Translations under genes and position numbers: made by a program | Part shown: positions 37,034 to 47,069 of the stretch, one piece after another | How positions within the stretch are numbered: the stretch's first letter is position 1 | How the letters are laid out: every line of letters starts with the position of its first letter | Source of the DNA: Candidatus Zixiibacteriota bacterium | GTDB taxonomy: Bacteria > Zixibacteria > MSB-5A5 > GN15 > FEB-12 | Direction of reading: 5' to 3' | Assembly: GCA_041742355.1 (NCBI GenBank) | Contig: JBGSIV010000215.1 | Span: 1-56,540, forward strand | DNA: 56,540 bases | The notes under the pieces: generated by a model | The model's database searches: none | Told to the model about the DNA's origin: nothing | The model's input: only the letters and a program-made list of their open reading frames with translations

Positions 37034-38046
37034 AAGTGCTGCTGTTGGCCGGCGGGGACTCCTCGGAGCGGGAAGTCAGCCTGCATTCCGGGGAAGCGTT
37101 GTACAAGGCGGTGAAGAAGCTCGGGCACGAGGTGTACGTGATCGACCCGGCGACCGGGCAGTCGCTGCTCGACGGCCGCGGGAATTTCCTTCTGACCGAA
37201 GCGAACAAGACCGATTTCCGGTCGGTGGCGGTGGATGCGACCACGCTGCCGAAGGAGCTGGCCGCCCCGGAACTCCGGGATATCGATGTCGTCCTGCTCG
37301 GTCTCCACGGCGGCGCGGGGGAGAACGGGACGATCCAGTGCCTGCTCGACCTGGCCGGGCTGAAATACACCGGTTCGGGCATGCGGGCCTCGGCGGTGGC
37401 GATGGATAAGGCACTCACCAAACGGCTGGTGATGACGATCGGCATCCCTACGGCGGAGTTCCAGTTGATCCGGCTGCGGGAGCGAAGCCTCGAGGAGTCC
37501 TGCCTCGACCGCCTCCGCGCGCGCTTCACCCTCCCGCTGATTGTCAAACCGAACGACGGCGGGTCGACCGTGGGGTTGACCAAGCTGGAGTCATGGGATG
37601 GGCTGGCCGAGGCAATCCGAGTGGCCGGAGAAGAATCGCCGGAGGTGCTGCTGGAAAAGTTCATCCGGGGGCGGGAACTGACGGTGGCGGTGCTTGACGG
37701 CGAGGCGCTGCCGGTCGTGGAGATCCGTCCAAAGAAAGGACTGTACGACTACGAGGCCAAATACACGAAGGGGATGTCGGAGTATTTCGCCCCGGCGGAC
37801 ATACCTGATCCGATCCGCGACAAGCTGCAGGCGGACGCGGTGGCGGCCTACAACCTGATCGGGTGCGAGGGGCTGGTCCGCGTCGATTTCATACTGGAAG
37901 AGAACGGAGATTACTACTTCCTCGAGTTGAACACGTTGCCGGGAATGACCGAGCTGTCGCTCTCGCCCATGGCGGCGCGGGCGGTCGGAATCGAGTTCCC
38001 GGAACTGATCGATCGCATTATTACCTCAGCCGTGAAGAAGAAATGA
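37030..38046 (+). CDS. ddl: D-alanine--D-alanine ligase
   Basis: GGDSSEREVSL, LHGGAGENG, MDK, YDYEAKY, LELNTLPGMT. Confidence 0.95.
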   Translation: MKVLLLAGGDSSEREVSLHSGEALYKAVKKLGHEVYVIDPATGQSLLDGRGNFLLTEANKTDFRSVAVDATTLPKELAAPELRDIDVVLLGLHGGAGENGTIQCLLDLAGLKYTGSGMRASAVAMDKALTKRLVMTIGIPTAEFQLIRLRERSLEESCLDRLRARFTLPLIVKPNDGGSTVGLTKLESWDGLAEAIRVAGEESPEVLLEKFIRGRELTVAVLDGEALPVVEIRPKKGLYDYEAKYTKGMSEYFAPADIPDPIRDKLQADAVAAYNLIGCEGLVRVDFILEENGDYYFLELNTLPGMTELSLSPMAARAVGIEFPELIDRIITSAVKKK

Positions 38047-38050
38047 CATC

Positions 38051-38788
38051 GTGAATGAACTGAACCCGAAAGCAGTGATCTTTGACCTCGGCTCGACCCT
38101 GATCGAGTACGAGGCGGTATCGTGGGACGAGTTGTCGCGCCTGTGCGCGCTGGAGGCGCGCCAGTGGCTGGTCGACGAGGGGTACGTGGTGCCGGAGGAG
38201 GCCGAGTTCCACGAGAAGTTCGAACTCGCCAAAGCGCCGCTGCGCCAGAAGGCGTACGAGAGCCAGGTGGAGTGGTGCGTGCCACAGGCGGCCGAAGCGC
38301 TGTTCACCGAACTGAAGCTGGAGTACAGCGAAGAGCTGGGCGCGCGGTTCTTCGAAGAGTTCTATCGCCCGGTCGACCGCCTGCTGTATGTCTACGACGA
38401 CACGGTGGCGACGCTGGAGCGGATACGAAAGGCGTATCCGGCGGTGGGGCTGATTTCGAACACCGTGTTTCCCGAGGAGGTTCACCTGAAGGAGCTCAAA
38501 AGGTTCGGCCTCCTGCACTTCTTCGACTTCACCATCTTCAGTTCGACCTTCGGGTGGCGCAAACCACACCCGGACATCTTCGCCAAGGCCGCAAACCTCG
38601 CCGGGTTTGCCCCGGCGGAATGCGTCTATGTAGGCGACCGGTATATGGAGGATATCGAGGGTCCCCACAGCGTGGGAATGCCCGGAGTTCTTCGGATGAA
38701 GGCGGGTCGGGAGTATCCCTCGGAGATGCCGCTGGCAACACGGCGGATCACGACCCTCTCCGAGCTTGACCGGTTCCTCGACTTTTAG
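38051..38788 (+). CDS. HAD-IA family hydrolase
   Basis: FDLGSTL, ISNT, RKPHPDIF, YVGDRYMEDI. Confidence 0.88.
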   Translation: MNELNPKAVIFDLGSTLIEYEAVSWDELSRLCALEARQWLVDEGYVVPEEAEFHEKFELAKAPLRQKAYESQVEWCVPQAAEALFTELKLEYSEELGARFFEEFYRPVDRLLYVYDDTVATLERIRKAYPAVGLISNTVFPEEVHLKELKRFGLLHFFDFTIFSSTFGWRKPHPDIFAKAANLAGFAPAECVYVGDRYMEDIEGPHSVGMPGVLRMKAGREYPSEMPLATRRITTLSELDRFLDF

Positions 38789-38889
38789 GGGTTTACGAAC
38801 ACGGCGGGGGAACCTATATTGGCTGCTTGCGGCCGACAGCGGCCCCGGAGTGCAAACGAGAGTTCGACTTTCATAACAGCGAGGCACGT

Positions 38890-39966
38890 GTGGACAGAAC
38901 CGAACAGCTTCTCAAGGAAATCACCGAAGCGAACGGCGTATCGGGGTATGAAGACGAAGTCCGCCGATTAATGGCCCGGGAACTCAAGGGCCTGGCCGAC
39001 ACGGTGGAAACGGACAAGATGGGCTCGATCTTCGGCCGGAAGAAGGGGTCGTCCGAATCCCCCAAAGTGCTCGTGGTGGGGCATATGGATGAGGTCGGTT
39101 TCATGGTCAAGGAGATCTCGTCCGAGGGGTATATCCGGTTCCTGCCGCTCGGCGGCTGGTGGGGGCATGTGGCGCTGGGGCAACGAATGCGGATTATCAC
39201 GCGCAAGGGGCCGGTGCTCGGCGTGGTCGGATCGAAACCGCCGCACCTGCTCGAAGCGGAAGAGCGGAAGAAAGTGCTCGAGCTGAAAGATATGTTCATC
39301 GATGTCGGGGTGCAGGAGGGGTTCGACGCCCGCAAGGAGCTGGATATTCGCGTCGGTGATCCGATCATTCCCGACTCCCAGTTCACGATCATGGGCAACA
39401 AGAAGATGTACCTGTCGAAGGCGTTCGACAACCGGGTGGCGTGCGCGATCGCCCTGGATGTGCTGCGCGCGTTCAAGGGGACAGAGCACCCCAACACGAT
39501 TCTCGCCGGCGGCTCGACGCAGGAAGAGGTCGGGCTCCGAGGCGCGACCACCCTGGCGCATGTGACGGATCCGGATGTCGCAATGATTGTCGATGTCGGG
39601 ATCGGCCAGGATATCCCGCCCGACGGGTTCAAAAAGGCGGAGAAAATGGGGGGCGGCCCGGCCGTGCTCATTTTCGACGCGACCATGATCCCCAATATCA
39701 AGCTGCGGGATCTGGTGATCGATACGGCCGAAGAGAAGAAGATCCCGTACCACCTGTCGTACATGGAGCGCGGCGGAACCGACGGGGCGCGGATCCATGT
39801 CTCGCGGTCCGGCGTGCCTTCAATAGTGATCGGGCCGCCGATCCGGTACATTCACAGCCACAACGGTATTCTCAACCGCGACGACTACGACAACACGGTC
39901 AGGCTCGTTACCGAAGTCATCAGGAAGCTGGACACGAAGACGGTGGCCGGGCTGACGGAGGTCTGA
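38890..39966 (+). CDS. M42 family metallo-aminopeptidase
   Basis: GVSGYE, GHMDEVG, KAFDNR, QEEVGLRGA, GGTDG, RYIHS. Confidence 0.93.
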   Translation: MDRTEQLLKEITEANGVSGYEDEVRRLMARELKGLADTVETDKMGSIFGRKKGSSESPKVLVVGHMDEVGFMVKEISSEGYIRFLPLGGWWGHVALGQRMRIITRKGPVLGVVGSKPPHLLEAEERKKVLELKDMFIDVGVQEGFDARKELDIRVGDPIIPDSQFTIMGNKKMYLSKAFDNRVACAIALDVLRAFKGTEHPNTILAGGSTQEEVGLRGATTLAHVTDPDVAMIVDVGIGQDIPPDGFKKAEKMGGGPAVLIFDATMIPNIKLRDLVIDTAEEKKIPYHLSYMERGGTDGARIHVSRSGVPSIVIGPPIRYIHSHNGILNRDDYDNTVRLVTEVIRKLDTKTVAGLTEV

Positions 39967-39972
39967 GGCAGT

Positions 39973-41376
39973 ATGGCGCTACGATTTAGAAATACGCTGA
40001 CCCGCGAGAAGGAAGAATTCAAACCGATCGAGCCGGGAAAAGTCCGCATGTATACGTGCGGGCCGACGGTCTACGGGTTCGCGCATATCGGGAATTTCCG
40101 CACTTTCACCTTCGAGGATCTCCTGCGTCGGTACCTCAAGTACAAGGGGTACGAAGTGCTGCACGTGATGAACCTGACCGATGTCGACGACAAGACGATC
40201 CGCGACTCGCAGAAGGAAGGGGTCTCGCTGCGGGAATTCACGACGCGGTACAGCAAGGCCTTCTTTGAGGATCTCGACACGCTCGGGATCGAGCGGGCGG
40301 AGATCTATCCGGCTGCGACCGATCATATCCCCGAGATGGTCTCCATTATTCGCGTGCTCGCCGAACGCGGGCTGGCCTACGAGGTCAACGGCAACTGGTA
40401 CTACCGGATCGAGCAGTACCCGCAGTATGGCAAGCTGGCCCATATCGACCGGGACAACCTCAAGGCCGGCGCGCGAGTCGCCGCAGACGAATACGAAAAG
40501 GACTCGGTGTCGGATTTCGCGCTGTGGAAGGCCTGGGATGAAGCCGACGGCGACGTGTACTGGGAGACCGAACTGGGCAAGGGCCGTCCGGGGTGGCACA
40601 TCGAGTGCTCCGCCATGGCCATGAAGTACCTCGGCATGCATTTCGACATCCATACCGGCGGTGTGGACAACATTTTCCCGCACCACGAGAATGAAATCGC
40701 GCAATCTGAAGGTGCGACCGGGCATCCCTTTGTCAACTACTGGATGCACGCCGAGCACCTGATTGTCGAGGGGCGGAAGATGGCCAAGTCGTTCGGCAAT
40801 TTCTACCTGCTGCGCGATCTGGTTGCCAAGGGGTATACCGGGGCGCAGGTGCGCTACGTGCTCCTCGCGACCCACTACCGGCAGCAGTTAAACTTCACCT
40901 TTCAGGGTCTGGATGCGGCGAAGAACGCGCTTCAACGATACAACGAGTTTATATCCAATCTCGAGGAGTACGCCGGGAACGGAGACTCCCGGGGCGAGGC
41001 CGAGGGTATCACGCGGCGCATGTTCTCCGGGTTCGAAGAGGCGCTCGACGATGATCTGAACGCCTCGGGGGCGTTCGCGGCGGTGTTCGATTTCATCCGG
41101 GATATCAACCGACTCCGCTCGGAAAACCGGCTATCGAAAGCGGAACGGGATGAAGCACTGGCCGAGATCCGGCGGGTGGACACGGTGCTCAACCTGACGT
41201 TCGAGCGGGGTCGAGCCGAAGAAGCCCCGGCCGAGGTGCTCTCGCTGGTGGAACAGCGCACCCAGGCCCGCAAGAACAAGGATTTCAAGGCGTCCGACCG
41301 GATTCGCGATGAACTGACGGCGCTCGGTTGGGTGATCGAGGATACGCCGCAGGGGCCGAAAGTGAAGCGGAAGTAA
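39973..41376 (+). CDS. cysS: Cysteine--tRNA ligase
   Basis: CGPTVY, HIGN, DFALWK, GRPGWHIECS, FPHHENE, KMAKS. Confidence 0.97.
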   Translation: MALRFRNTLTREKEEFKPIEPGKVRMYTCGPTVYGFAHIGNFRTFTFEDLLRRYLKYKGYEVLHVMNLTDVDDKTIRDSQKEGVSLREFTTRYSKAFFEDLDTLGIERAEIYPAATDHIPEMVSIIRVLAERGLAYEVNGNWYYRIEQYPQYGKLAHIDRDNLKAGARVAADEYEKDSVSDFALWKAWDEADGDVYWETELGKGRPGWHIECSAMAMKYLGMHFDIHTGGVDNIFPHHENEIAQSEGATGHPFVNYWMHAEHLIVEGRKMAKSFGNFYLLRDLVAKGYTGAQVRYVLLATHYRQQLNFTFQGLDAAKNALQRYNEFISNLEEYAGNGDSRGEAEGITRRMFSGFEEALDDDLNASGAFAAVFDFIRDINRLRSENRLSKAERDEALAEIRRVDTVLNLTFERGRAEEAPAEVLSLVEQRTQARKNKDFKASDRIRDELTALGWVIEDTPQGPKVKRK

Positions 41377-41432
41377 CGGCAAAAATGCTTGACACTTTCG
41401 GCCGATCGGAGCGTAGTTAGAAGATAACGTAA

Positions 41433-41505
41433 GCCGGTGTAGCTCAGATGGTAGAGCAGCTGATTTGTAATCAGCAGGTCGTCCGTTCGATCCGGATCAC
41501 CGGCT
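41433..41505 (+). tRNA. tRNA-Thr (anticodon TGT), CCA not encoded
   Basis: Acceptor stem GCCGGTG/CACCGGC, D arm GCTC/GAGC, anticodon arm GCTGA-TTTGTAA-TCAGC, GTTCGA T loop; TTGACA at 41389. Confidence 0.96.
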
Positions 41506-41513
41506 TAAATTCT

Positions 41514-41541
41514 TAAGGGCAGGGGGTTTCGGCGCCGATAA
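41514..41541 (+). promoter_or_regulatory. Sigma28-like promoter candidate
   Basis: TAAG-N16-GCCGATAA upstream of the ABC operon. Confidence 0.4.
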
Positions 41542-41644
41542 CAAGGGAACCGCAGCGGGCCGAATCGGACATCGTCCGGTCTCGTCGGTCGAAACGACGG
41601 GAGATTCGCAACTCAGGTAATACAGAGGGTCAATCGGGACACCT

Positions 41645-42589
41645 ATGAACATAATCGACACGCAGGATCTCACCAAAGTTTACAGCGCCGGGTTGAAGAA
41701 GCGCGGGATCGTCGCGCTGGACAATGTCAGCCTGTCGATCCACGAGGGAGAGATATTTGGCCTGCTGGGGCCGAACGGGGCCGGCAAGACGACCTTTCTC
41801 AAAGTCGTGCTTGGAATCACGCAGCCCACCTCGGGGAATGCCATTGTCGGCGGGCACAAGCCCAGCGATCCGCAGTCGCGCCAGCGCCTGGGGTACCTGC
41901 CGGAGAACCACCGCTTCCCGAGCCACCTGACGGGGATGGGGCTGATGGTGGCGACCGGGCGGCTGTACGGAATGAACCTCTCGGAGATCAAATCCCGGGC
42001 GGATAACCTCCTCGCAATGGTCGGGATGAGCCGGTGGGCGGATACCAAACTCCGCAAGTACTCCAAGGGCATGCAACAGCGGATCGGCATTGCCCAGGCG
42101 ATGATCTCGGATCCTGACCTGCTGCTTTTGGACGAACCGACCGACGGCGTCGATCCAGTGGGCAAAGTCGAGATTCGCGACGTGCTCAACAAGATCCGCT
42201 CCGACGGCAAGTCAATCGTGCTCAACTCCCACCTCCTGTCCGAGGTGGAGTCGGTGGCCGACCGGGTGGCGATACTCAACCGGGGGCGGCTGATCAAGAC
42301 CAGCAGCGTGGTGGATCTGACAAGCCGCCGGAGCCAGTTCGAGATCGAGGCGGAACTCGGCAGCATGCCCGTGGAACTGCCGGATGAGATCGGCAAGATC
42401 ATCAAGATCTCCTCGCGGGGAATGATCGTCGAGATGGACAACGAGGAGAACGTCAACTACGTCATAGATATGTTGCGCCGGAAGAACGTGTCGATCCGGA
42501 TGATCCGCCCGATGCGGATCACCCTGGAACAGTCGTTTATCGAAACGATTACGACCCCCGAACCCCCGTCGACGGAGGCCGGCATATGA
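41645..42589 (+). CDS. ABC transporter ATP-binding protein
   Basis: GPNGAGKTT, YSKGMQQR, LLLDEP, NSH. Confidence 0.95.
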   Translation: MNIIDTQDLTKVYSAGLKKRGIVALDNVSLSIHEGEIFGLLGPNGAGKTTFLKVVLGITQPTSGNAIVGGHKPSDPQSRQRLGYLPENHRFPSHLTGMGLMVATGRLYGMNLSEIKSRADNLLAMVGMSRWADTKLRKYSKGMQQRIGIAQAMISDPDLLLLDEPTDGVDPVGKVEIRDVLNKIRSDGKSIVLNSHLLSEVESVADRVAILNRGRLIKTSSVVDLTSRRSQFEIEAELGSMPVELPDEIGKIIKISSRGMIVEMDNEENVNYVIDMLRRKNVSIRMIRPMRITLEQSFIETITTPEPPSTEAGI

Positions 42590-43374
42590 GAGGCCTTATA
42601 TACGATACCTGGGTGGAGATGGTCCAGCGCCGCCTGATCTGGATCTACGCGGCGGTGACCGTAATCGCGATCCTGCTCATCATGGCGTCGAAATCCATGT
42701 CGATCAAGATCGAGGTAAACGATGATCCGAACGATCCGGCGTCGGCCCTGGTAGAACAGGGAGCCGTCGGCTCGTTGGATGCATACTGCTCGTTCCTGGT
42801 CTTCCTGACGATCCTTGGGACGGCGGGGCTGATTCCCTCCATGTTGGAGCGGGGCCGGGCCGAGTATTACCTTTCCAAGCCGATTTCGCGGACCTCGCTG
42901 TTCCTGTACAAATTCGCCTCTATCTGGTCAGTCTACGGCGCCACGATCGTGGTCGGGGGACTGGTGACCTTTGCGATCTTCTTCATGGCCTGGAGGTACT
43001 TCGACGCCGGGCTGGTGTACATATTCGCCCTGAACCTGGTGAGCCTGTTCATCTGGTTGTCGGTGACGGCCTTCGCAGGGATACTCACGGGTTCGTATGC
43101 GGTGAGCATCATGGTGGCGTTTGCGATGTGGATCGCGCAGTCGCTGCTGCGGTACCACGACATGCTGGGGCAGGTGATCCAGAACAAGCTGGTGACCGGT
43201 GCGGTCAGCGGGTTGTACTATATCTTGCCGAAAACGAGCGAGCTGTCGGATATGACAACAAAAGTGGCGCTCGGTCAACCGGTCGAGAGCTGGCTGCCGT
43301 TGTGGTCGAGCCTGATCTTCGCGGCCGGGCTGCTGGCGGTGACGATTGCGCTGTTCAACCGCAAGGATTACTGA
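42586..43374 (+). CDS. ABC-2 type permease
   Basis: Six TM segments, YYLSKPISR, C-terminal FNRKDY; ATGA overlap with the ATPase gene. Confidence 0.88.
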   Translation: MRGLIYDTWVEMVQRRLIWIYAAVTVIAILLIMASKSMSIKIEVNDDPNDPASALVEQGAVGSLDAYCSFLVFLTILGTAGLIPSMLERGRAEYYLSKPISRTSLFLYKFASIWSVYGATIVVGGLVTFAIFFMAWRYFDAGLVYIFALNLVSLFIWLSVTAFAGILTGSYAVSIMVAFAMWIAQSLLRYHDMLGQVIQNKLVTGAVSGLYYILPKTSELSDMTTKVALGQPVESWLPLWSSLIFAAGLLAVTIALFNRKDY

Positions 43375-43449
43375 GGACTTCGGGGAACGATGGATCGCGC
43401 CGGGCGTTCTTGGCAGTAAACGGGCAGCCGCCCGACAGATAAGAAAGAC

Positions 43450-43956
43450 ATGGACCAAATAGACAATATCCTGGAGCCCTTTCGCATAGCACGACGCCTT
43501 GAGGAGGAGGGAAAAGCCTTCTTCGAGGAGTCGGCGCGGCGCGCGCAGAGCGACCTTGTCCGGCAGACCTTCACCTTCCTTGCCGGCGAAGAAGTCCACC
43601 ACATCGAGAAGATTGACCGGTTCTACCGGTCCCTGGAAATCTCCGGGGGAACGGAAGTGCCGGAGATCGAGGACTCGGATGCCGAGCAAAAGCTGGCGGC
43701 GTTCAACCGCCGCCTGGAACAGCTGAAGGACGTCGTGAGCCCGAGCCTGACCGATGTCGAGGCGTACGAGGTGGCGATCAAGTTCGAGAACGGGGCGGAG
43801 GAGTTCTACGAACAGAAGATGAACGAGGCCGATGATCCCCGGATCAAGCGGTTCTACCGGTGGCTGATCGACGAGGAGACGATGCACGCGCGATTGTTGC
43901 GCTCCTGCCTGAACTTCGCGAAAGACCCGGCCAGCTGGTTCAAAACGCACAAGTAG
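43450..43956 (+). CDS. Rubrerythrin-like ferritin family protein
   Basis: Duplicated E...EExH di-iron motifs (EEVHH, EETMH). Confidence 0.85.
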   Translation: MDQIDNILEPFRIARRLEEEGKAFFEESARRAQSDLVRQTFTFLAGEEVHHIEKIDRFYRSLEISGGTEVPEIEDSDAEQKLAAFNRRLEQLKDVVSPSLTDVEAYEVAIKFENGAEEFYEQKMNEADDPRIKRFYRWLIDEETMHARLLRSCLNFAKDPASWFKTHK

Positions 43957-43959
43957 CAG

Positions 43960-43984
43960 AAGGCCCGGTCTCGCCGGGCCTTTT
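43960..43984 (+). terminator. Terminator between convergent genes
   Basis: AAGGCCCGG-N5-CCGGGCCTTTT. Confidence 0.7.
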
Positions 43985-43991
43985 CTCTCTA

Positions 43992-44684
43992 TCAGTATGG
44001 CGCCCAGGTGACGGTAACTGCGTTGGGTTCTTCCGTCAGGGGCAGGTCAAATGCCATGCGCCCGCCGAGCGTGTCCTCCAGCATGATTATCACCGTGTCG
44101 CTGTAGAAATCATAAGTCGTGTCGATGACTTCGCCGAATTCATTGCGAATGGCTATCGGCGGCGGAGAACCCAGCAGGCAGGGAAAGAGCAGCGTGTCTT
44201 CAGTCACGTAACGACCCTCGGCGTTGGTAACCCCTATCATTGCCTCAGCAAACCCATAAGCATTTTCGACCACGAGCCAGGTGTCGGTGGTGTCGGCGTC
44301 TGTGGTTAGTTCGTATCGGTAGAAGCCCGGCCGGGGGAAGTCGACATCGATCATATGTGTGCCGCCTTCGACCACCTCATGATCGAAGGGCTGCGCGATC
44401 ATGTCGCCGTAGTAGTCGAAAAAGGTGAGCGTGATCTCGGTTTGCTGCGGGAGGTCGAACCTGATCGGCGTCGACGGAAGGGCCTCATGCGGCACCGGCC
44501 GGTCGCTCAAATAGGGGGAACGGTTGACCCGGCCGACCGCGATGCTTCCAAGGGGCTGGTCGGTCGAATCCACAACCGTGATGGCGAACAGGGGATCGGA
44601 ATCAGTCGGGCGAACCGGATCGTCACTGCAGGCGGCGATGAGCAGGATGATCGGCACGATCAGAAGTAATGCACGGGACACCAT
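43992..44684 (-). CDS. Lipoprotein with internal FlgD-Ig/T9SS-CTD-like segment (paralog 1)
   Basis: Lipobox IAA-C-SDD; PSTPIRFDLPQQTEITLTFFDYYG...PGFYRYEL. Confidence 0.75.
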   Translation of the reverse strand: MVSRALLLIVPIILLIAACSDDPVRPTDSDPLFAITVVDSTDQPLGSIAVGRVNRSPYLSDRPVPHEALPSTPIRFDLPQQTEITLTFFDYYGDMIAQPFDHEVVEGGTHMIDVDFPRPGFYRYELTTDADTTDTWLVVENAYGFAEAMIGVTNAEGRYVTEDTLLFPCLLGSPPPIAIRNEFGEVIDTTYDFYSDTVIIMLEDTLGGRMAFDLPLTEEPNAVTVTWAPY

Positions 44685-44779
44685 AAGATCCTCCCCAAGA
44701 TGTGGTGGTGTGTACCGGTAATGAAATCTCACTGCCGTCTTTGGCGCAAGCAGTTTCCCCGCCATGACTCCGAATCCGC

Positions 44780-45529
44780 CTATTCAGCCGGATTCCAGAC
44801 CAACTCATATACATTGGTGCCCCGCGACAGCCTCACGTGGTGGTAGGTCACGGTGTACAGGTCATCCGGGTGCGACAAGTGGATAACGAGGCTGTCGGAG
44901 TAGTAAGGGCGTATGGTGTCGCCCGCGAGGTTCGGATCGGGAACGTAGGGGGGAGGATTGCCCACCAGCGCCGGGAAAAGCAACGTGTCGGTGGTGCGGA
45001 ATCCGCCCGCTGAGTCAGTGACGCCGTGGACCGTGAAGATCGCGTTAAACTGCCAGTCAAAAACCACCACAATGTCCTGTGTGACACGCTCGGCCGCGCT
45101 GGTCGGCTTGTCGACCACCAGGTGGTAGTAGCCGCCCGGAAGGATGGTATCGGAGCCGATTGGGGTCCACGAAAGCCAGTCGGAGCCGGCCTCAACCGTG
45201 TCATCGAATATGGTGTCGATCAGGCGACGGTAGTAGTCCTCAACGGTCACGACCACCCGACCCGCAACCGGGTAATCGACCCGCCATATGTGCGGGAGGA
45301 ACTGGAGCGCCCACGGATGGATCAATGGTTCGTAGAGGGAGCGGTTGAACGTCCCCACTTTCAGGCCGAGCACCGGATTTCCGGCCGTGTCGACCACCGT
45401 TACGGCGAAAAGAGGATTAGTATCGGGGTCGTTTCCGCCGTCGACCGGGCTGGTCGGGTTGTCGTCGTCGCCGCACGATAGGGCCAGCGCGGCCAAAGTG
45501 CCCAGGGCCAGGATCAGCAGCCGTTTCAT
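44780..45529 (-). CDS. Lipoprotein (paralog 2)
   Basis: Lipobox ALS-C-GDDD; shares PLFA.TVVD, NRS.Y, GVT...G....DTLLFP.L.G.PPP and YSD with the neighbour; GGAGG RBS. Confidence 0.75.
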   Translation of the reverse strand: MKRLLILALGTLAALALSCGDDDNPTSPVDGGNDPDTNPLFAVTVVDTAGNPVLGLKVGTFNRSLYEPLIHPWALQFLPHIWRVDYPVAGRVVVTVEDYYRRLIDTIFDDTVEAGSDWLSWTPIGSDTILPGGYYHLVVDKPTSAAERVTQDIVVVFDWQFNAIFTVHGVTDSAGGFRTTDTLLFPALVGNPPPYVPDPNLAGDTIRPYYSDSLVIHLSHPDDLYTVTYHHVRLSRGTNVYELVWNPAE

Positions 45530-45696
45530 GTCGTACCTCCCGGAATCTCCATAGAACTCTCCGTCACTCAATGCTACGGACGATGCCGGGCCTTTGCCAG
45601 TCTAAAAAAATCTCGCCGTGCATCTTCTTTACACTGCGCCCCCAACCGCCTATATTCCCCGAAATCGACAGAGACCCATACGTGAAGGAGCAAGGC

Positions 45697-47067
45697 ATGA
45701 CCCCGCTACAGTATCTCAAGGACCACGAGAAGGAGCGCATGGAGCAGTTGTTCGCGTTCCTTCGGTTTCCCTCAGTATCGGCCAAATCGGAGCATAAACC
45801 GGACATGGCGGCCTGCGCAAAGTGGGTGACGGATCATCTCCGGGCGATGGGATTTCAGGCCCAGGTGCACGAAACGCCGGGTCACCCGATCGTATACGCC
45901 GAGATGATCACGGATAAGGCGCTGCCGACAGTGCTGTACTACGGGCACTACGATGTCCAGCCGGTCGAACCGCTGAACCTGTGGAAGAGCGAACCCTTCC
46001 AACCGGTGATTCGCGATGAGCAGATCTTCGCCCGCGGCGCCACCGATGACAAGGGGCAGGTCTTCGCCCATATGAAGGGGCTCGAAGCCATTCTCAAGAC
46101 CGACGGAAAGCTCCCGATCAACGTCAAGTTCGTGATCGAAGGGGAAGAGGAAATCTCCTCGACAAACCTCCCCAAATGGCTCAAGGCGAACAAAAAGATG
46201 CTGGCGGCGGATGTCGTGGTCGTCTCCGACAGCAGCCAGTTCAACAAGACCCTCCCGGCCGTGACCTACGGCCTGCGCGGGATCGCCGCGATGGAACTGT
46301 TCGTATACGGCCCCAACCGGGACCTGCACTCCGGGTCGTTCGGCGGAGCGGTGCCGAATCCGGCCACAATCCTGTGCCAGATGATCGCCCAGATGCACGA
46401 CAAGACCGGGAAGATCGCGGTGCCCGGATTCTACAAGGATGTCAAGCAGCCGTCGAAGTGGGAACGCGCGCAGTTTAAGAAGCTGCCGTTCGTGGAATCG
46501 GCCTACAAGAAGATGGTCGGCGTACCGGCGCTGCACGGCGAAAAGGGGTGGAATGCGTATGAGCGGACATGGGTGCGCCCGACGTTTGAAATCAACGGGA
46601 TCACCTCGGGCTACCAGGGCGAGGGTTCCAAGACCATCATCCCTTCATGGGCGTCCTGCAAGATCACCTGCCGCCTCGTGCCGGCGCAGGATCCGATCGA
46701 CATCATGAAGAAGATCGACGCATACATCAAGAAGATCGCGCCGAAGTCCGTGAAGACCGAACTGCGGAAATACGGCGGGGCGAAGGCTGTGGTGGTGCCG
46801 ACCGACGGGCCCTGGCTCGAGGCCGCCGGGCGGGCGCTCAAGGCCGGATTCGGCAAAGCCCCGGTGTTCATCCGCGAGGGCGGCTCGATACCGGTCGTCG
46901 GGGACTTCAAGGAGATCCTCGGTATCGACTCGCTGCTTCTCGGATTCGGTCAGAACGACGACAACACTCACTCGCCGAACGAGCGCTTCCGTGTGGTCGA
47001 TTTCGAACGCGGTTGCCGCACCGCGGCGATGCTGCCGTTTGAACTGGCGAAAACGAAGCGCGGCTGA
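45697..47067 (+). CDS. M20 family dipeptidase
   Basis: YGHYDVQP, ARGATDDKGQ, EGEEE, DLHSG, GGSIP, HSPNE. Confidence 0.93.
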   Translation: MTPLQYLKDHEKERMEQLFAFLRFPSVSAKSEHKPDMAACAKWVTDHLRAMGFQAQVHETPGHPIVYAEMITDKALPTVLYYGHYDVQPVEPLNLWKSEPFQPVIRDEQIFARGATDDKGQVFAHMKGLEAILKTDGKLPINVKFVIEGEEEISSTNLPKWLKANKKMLAADVVVVSDSSQFNKTLPAVTYGLRGIAAMELFVYGPNRDLHSGSFGGAVPNPATILCQMIAQMHDKTGKIAVPGFYKDVKQPSKWERAQFKKLPFVESAYKKMVGVPALHGEKGWNAYERTWVRPTFEINGITSGYQGEGSKTIIPSWASCKITCRLVPAQDPIDIMKKIDAYIKKIAPKSVKTELRKYGGAKAVVVPTDGPWLEAAGRALKAGFGKAPVFIREGGSIPVVGDFKEILGIDSLLLGFGQNDDNTHSPNERFRVVDFERGCRTAAMLPFELAKTKRG

Positions 47068-47069
47068 GC

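Noticed and set aside
41433..41645. Island integrated at tRNA-Thr
   Set aside because: No duplicated tRNA 3' end or integrase seen, and downstream genes have host-like composition.
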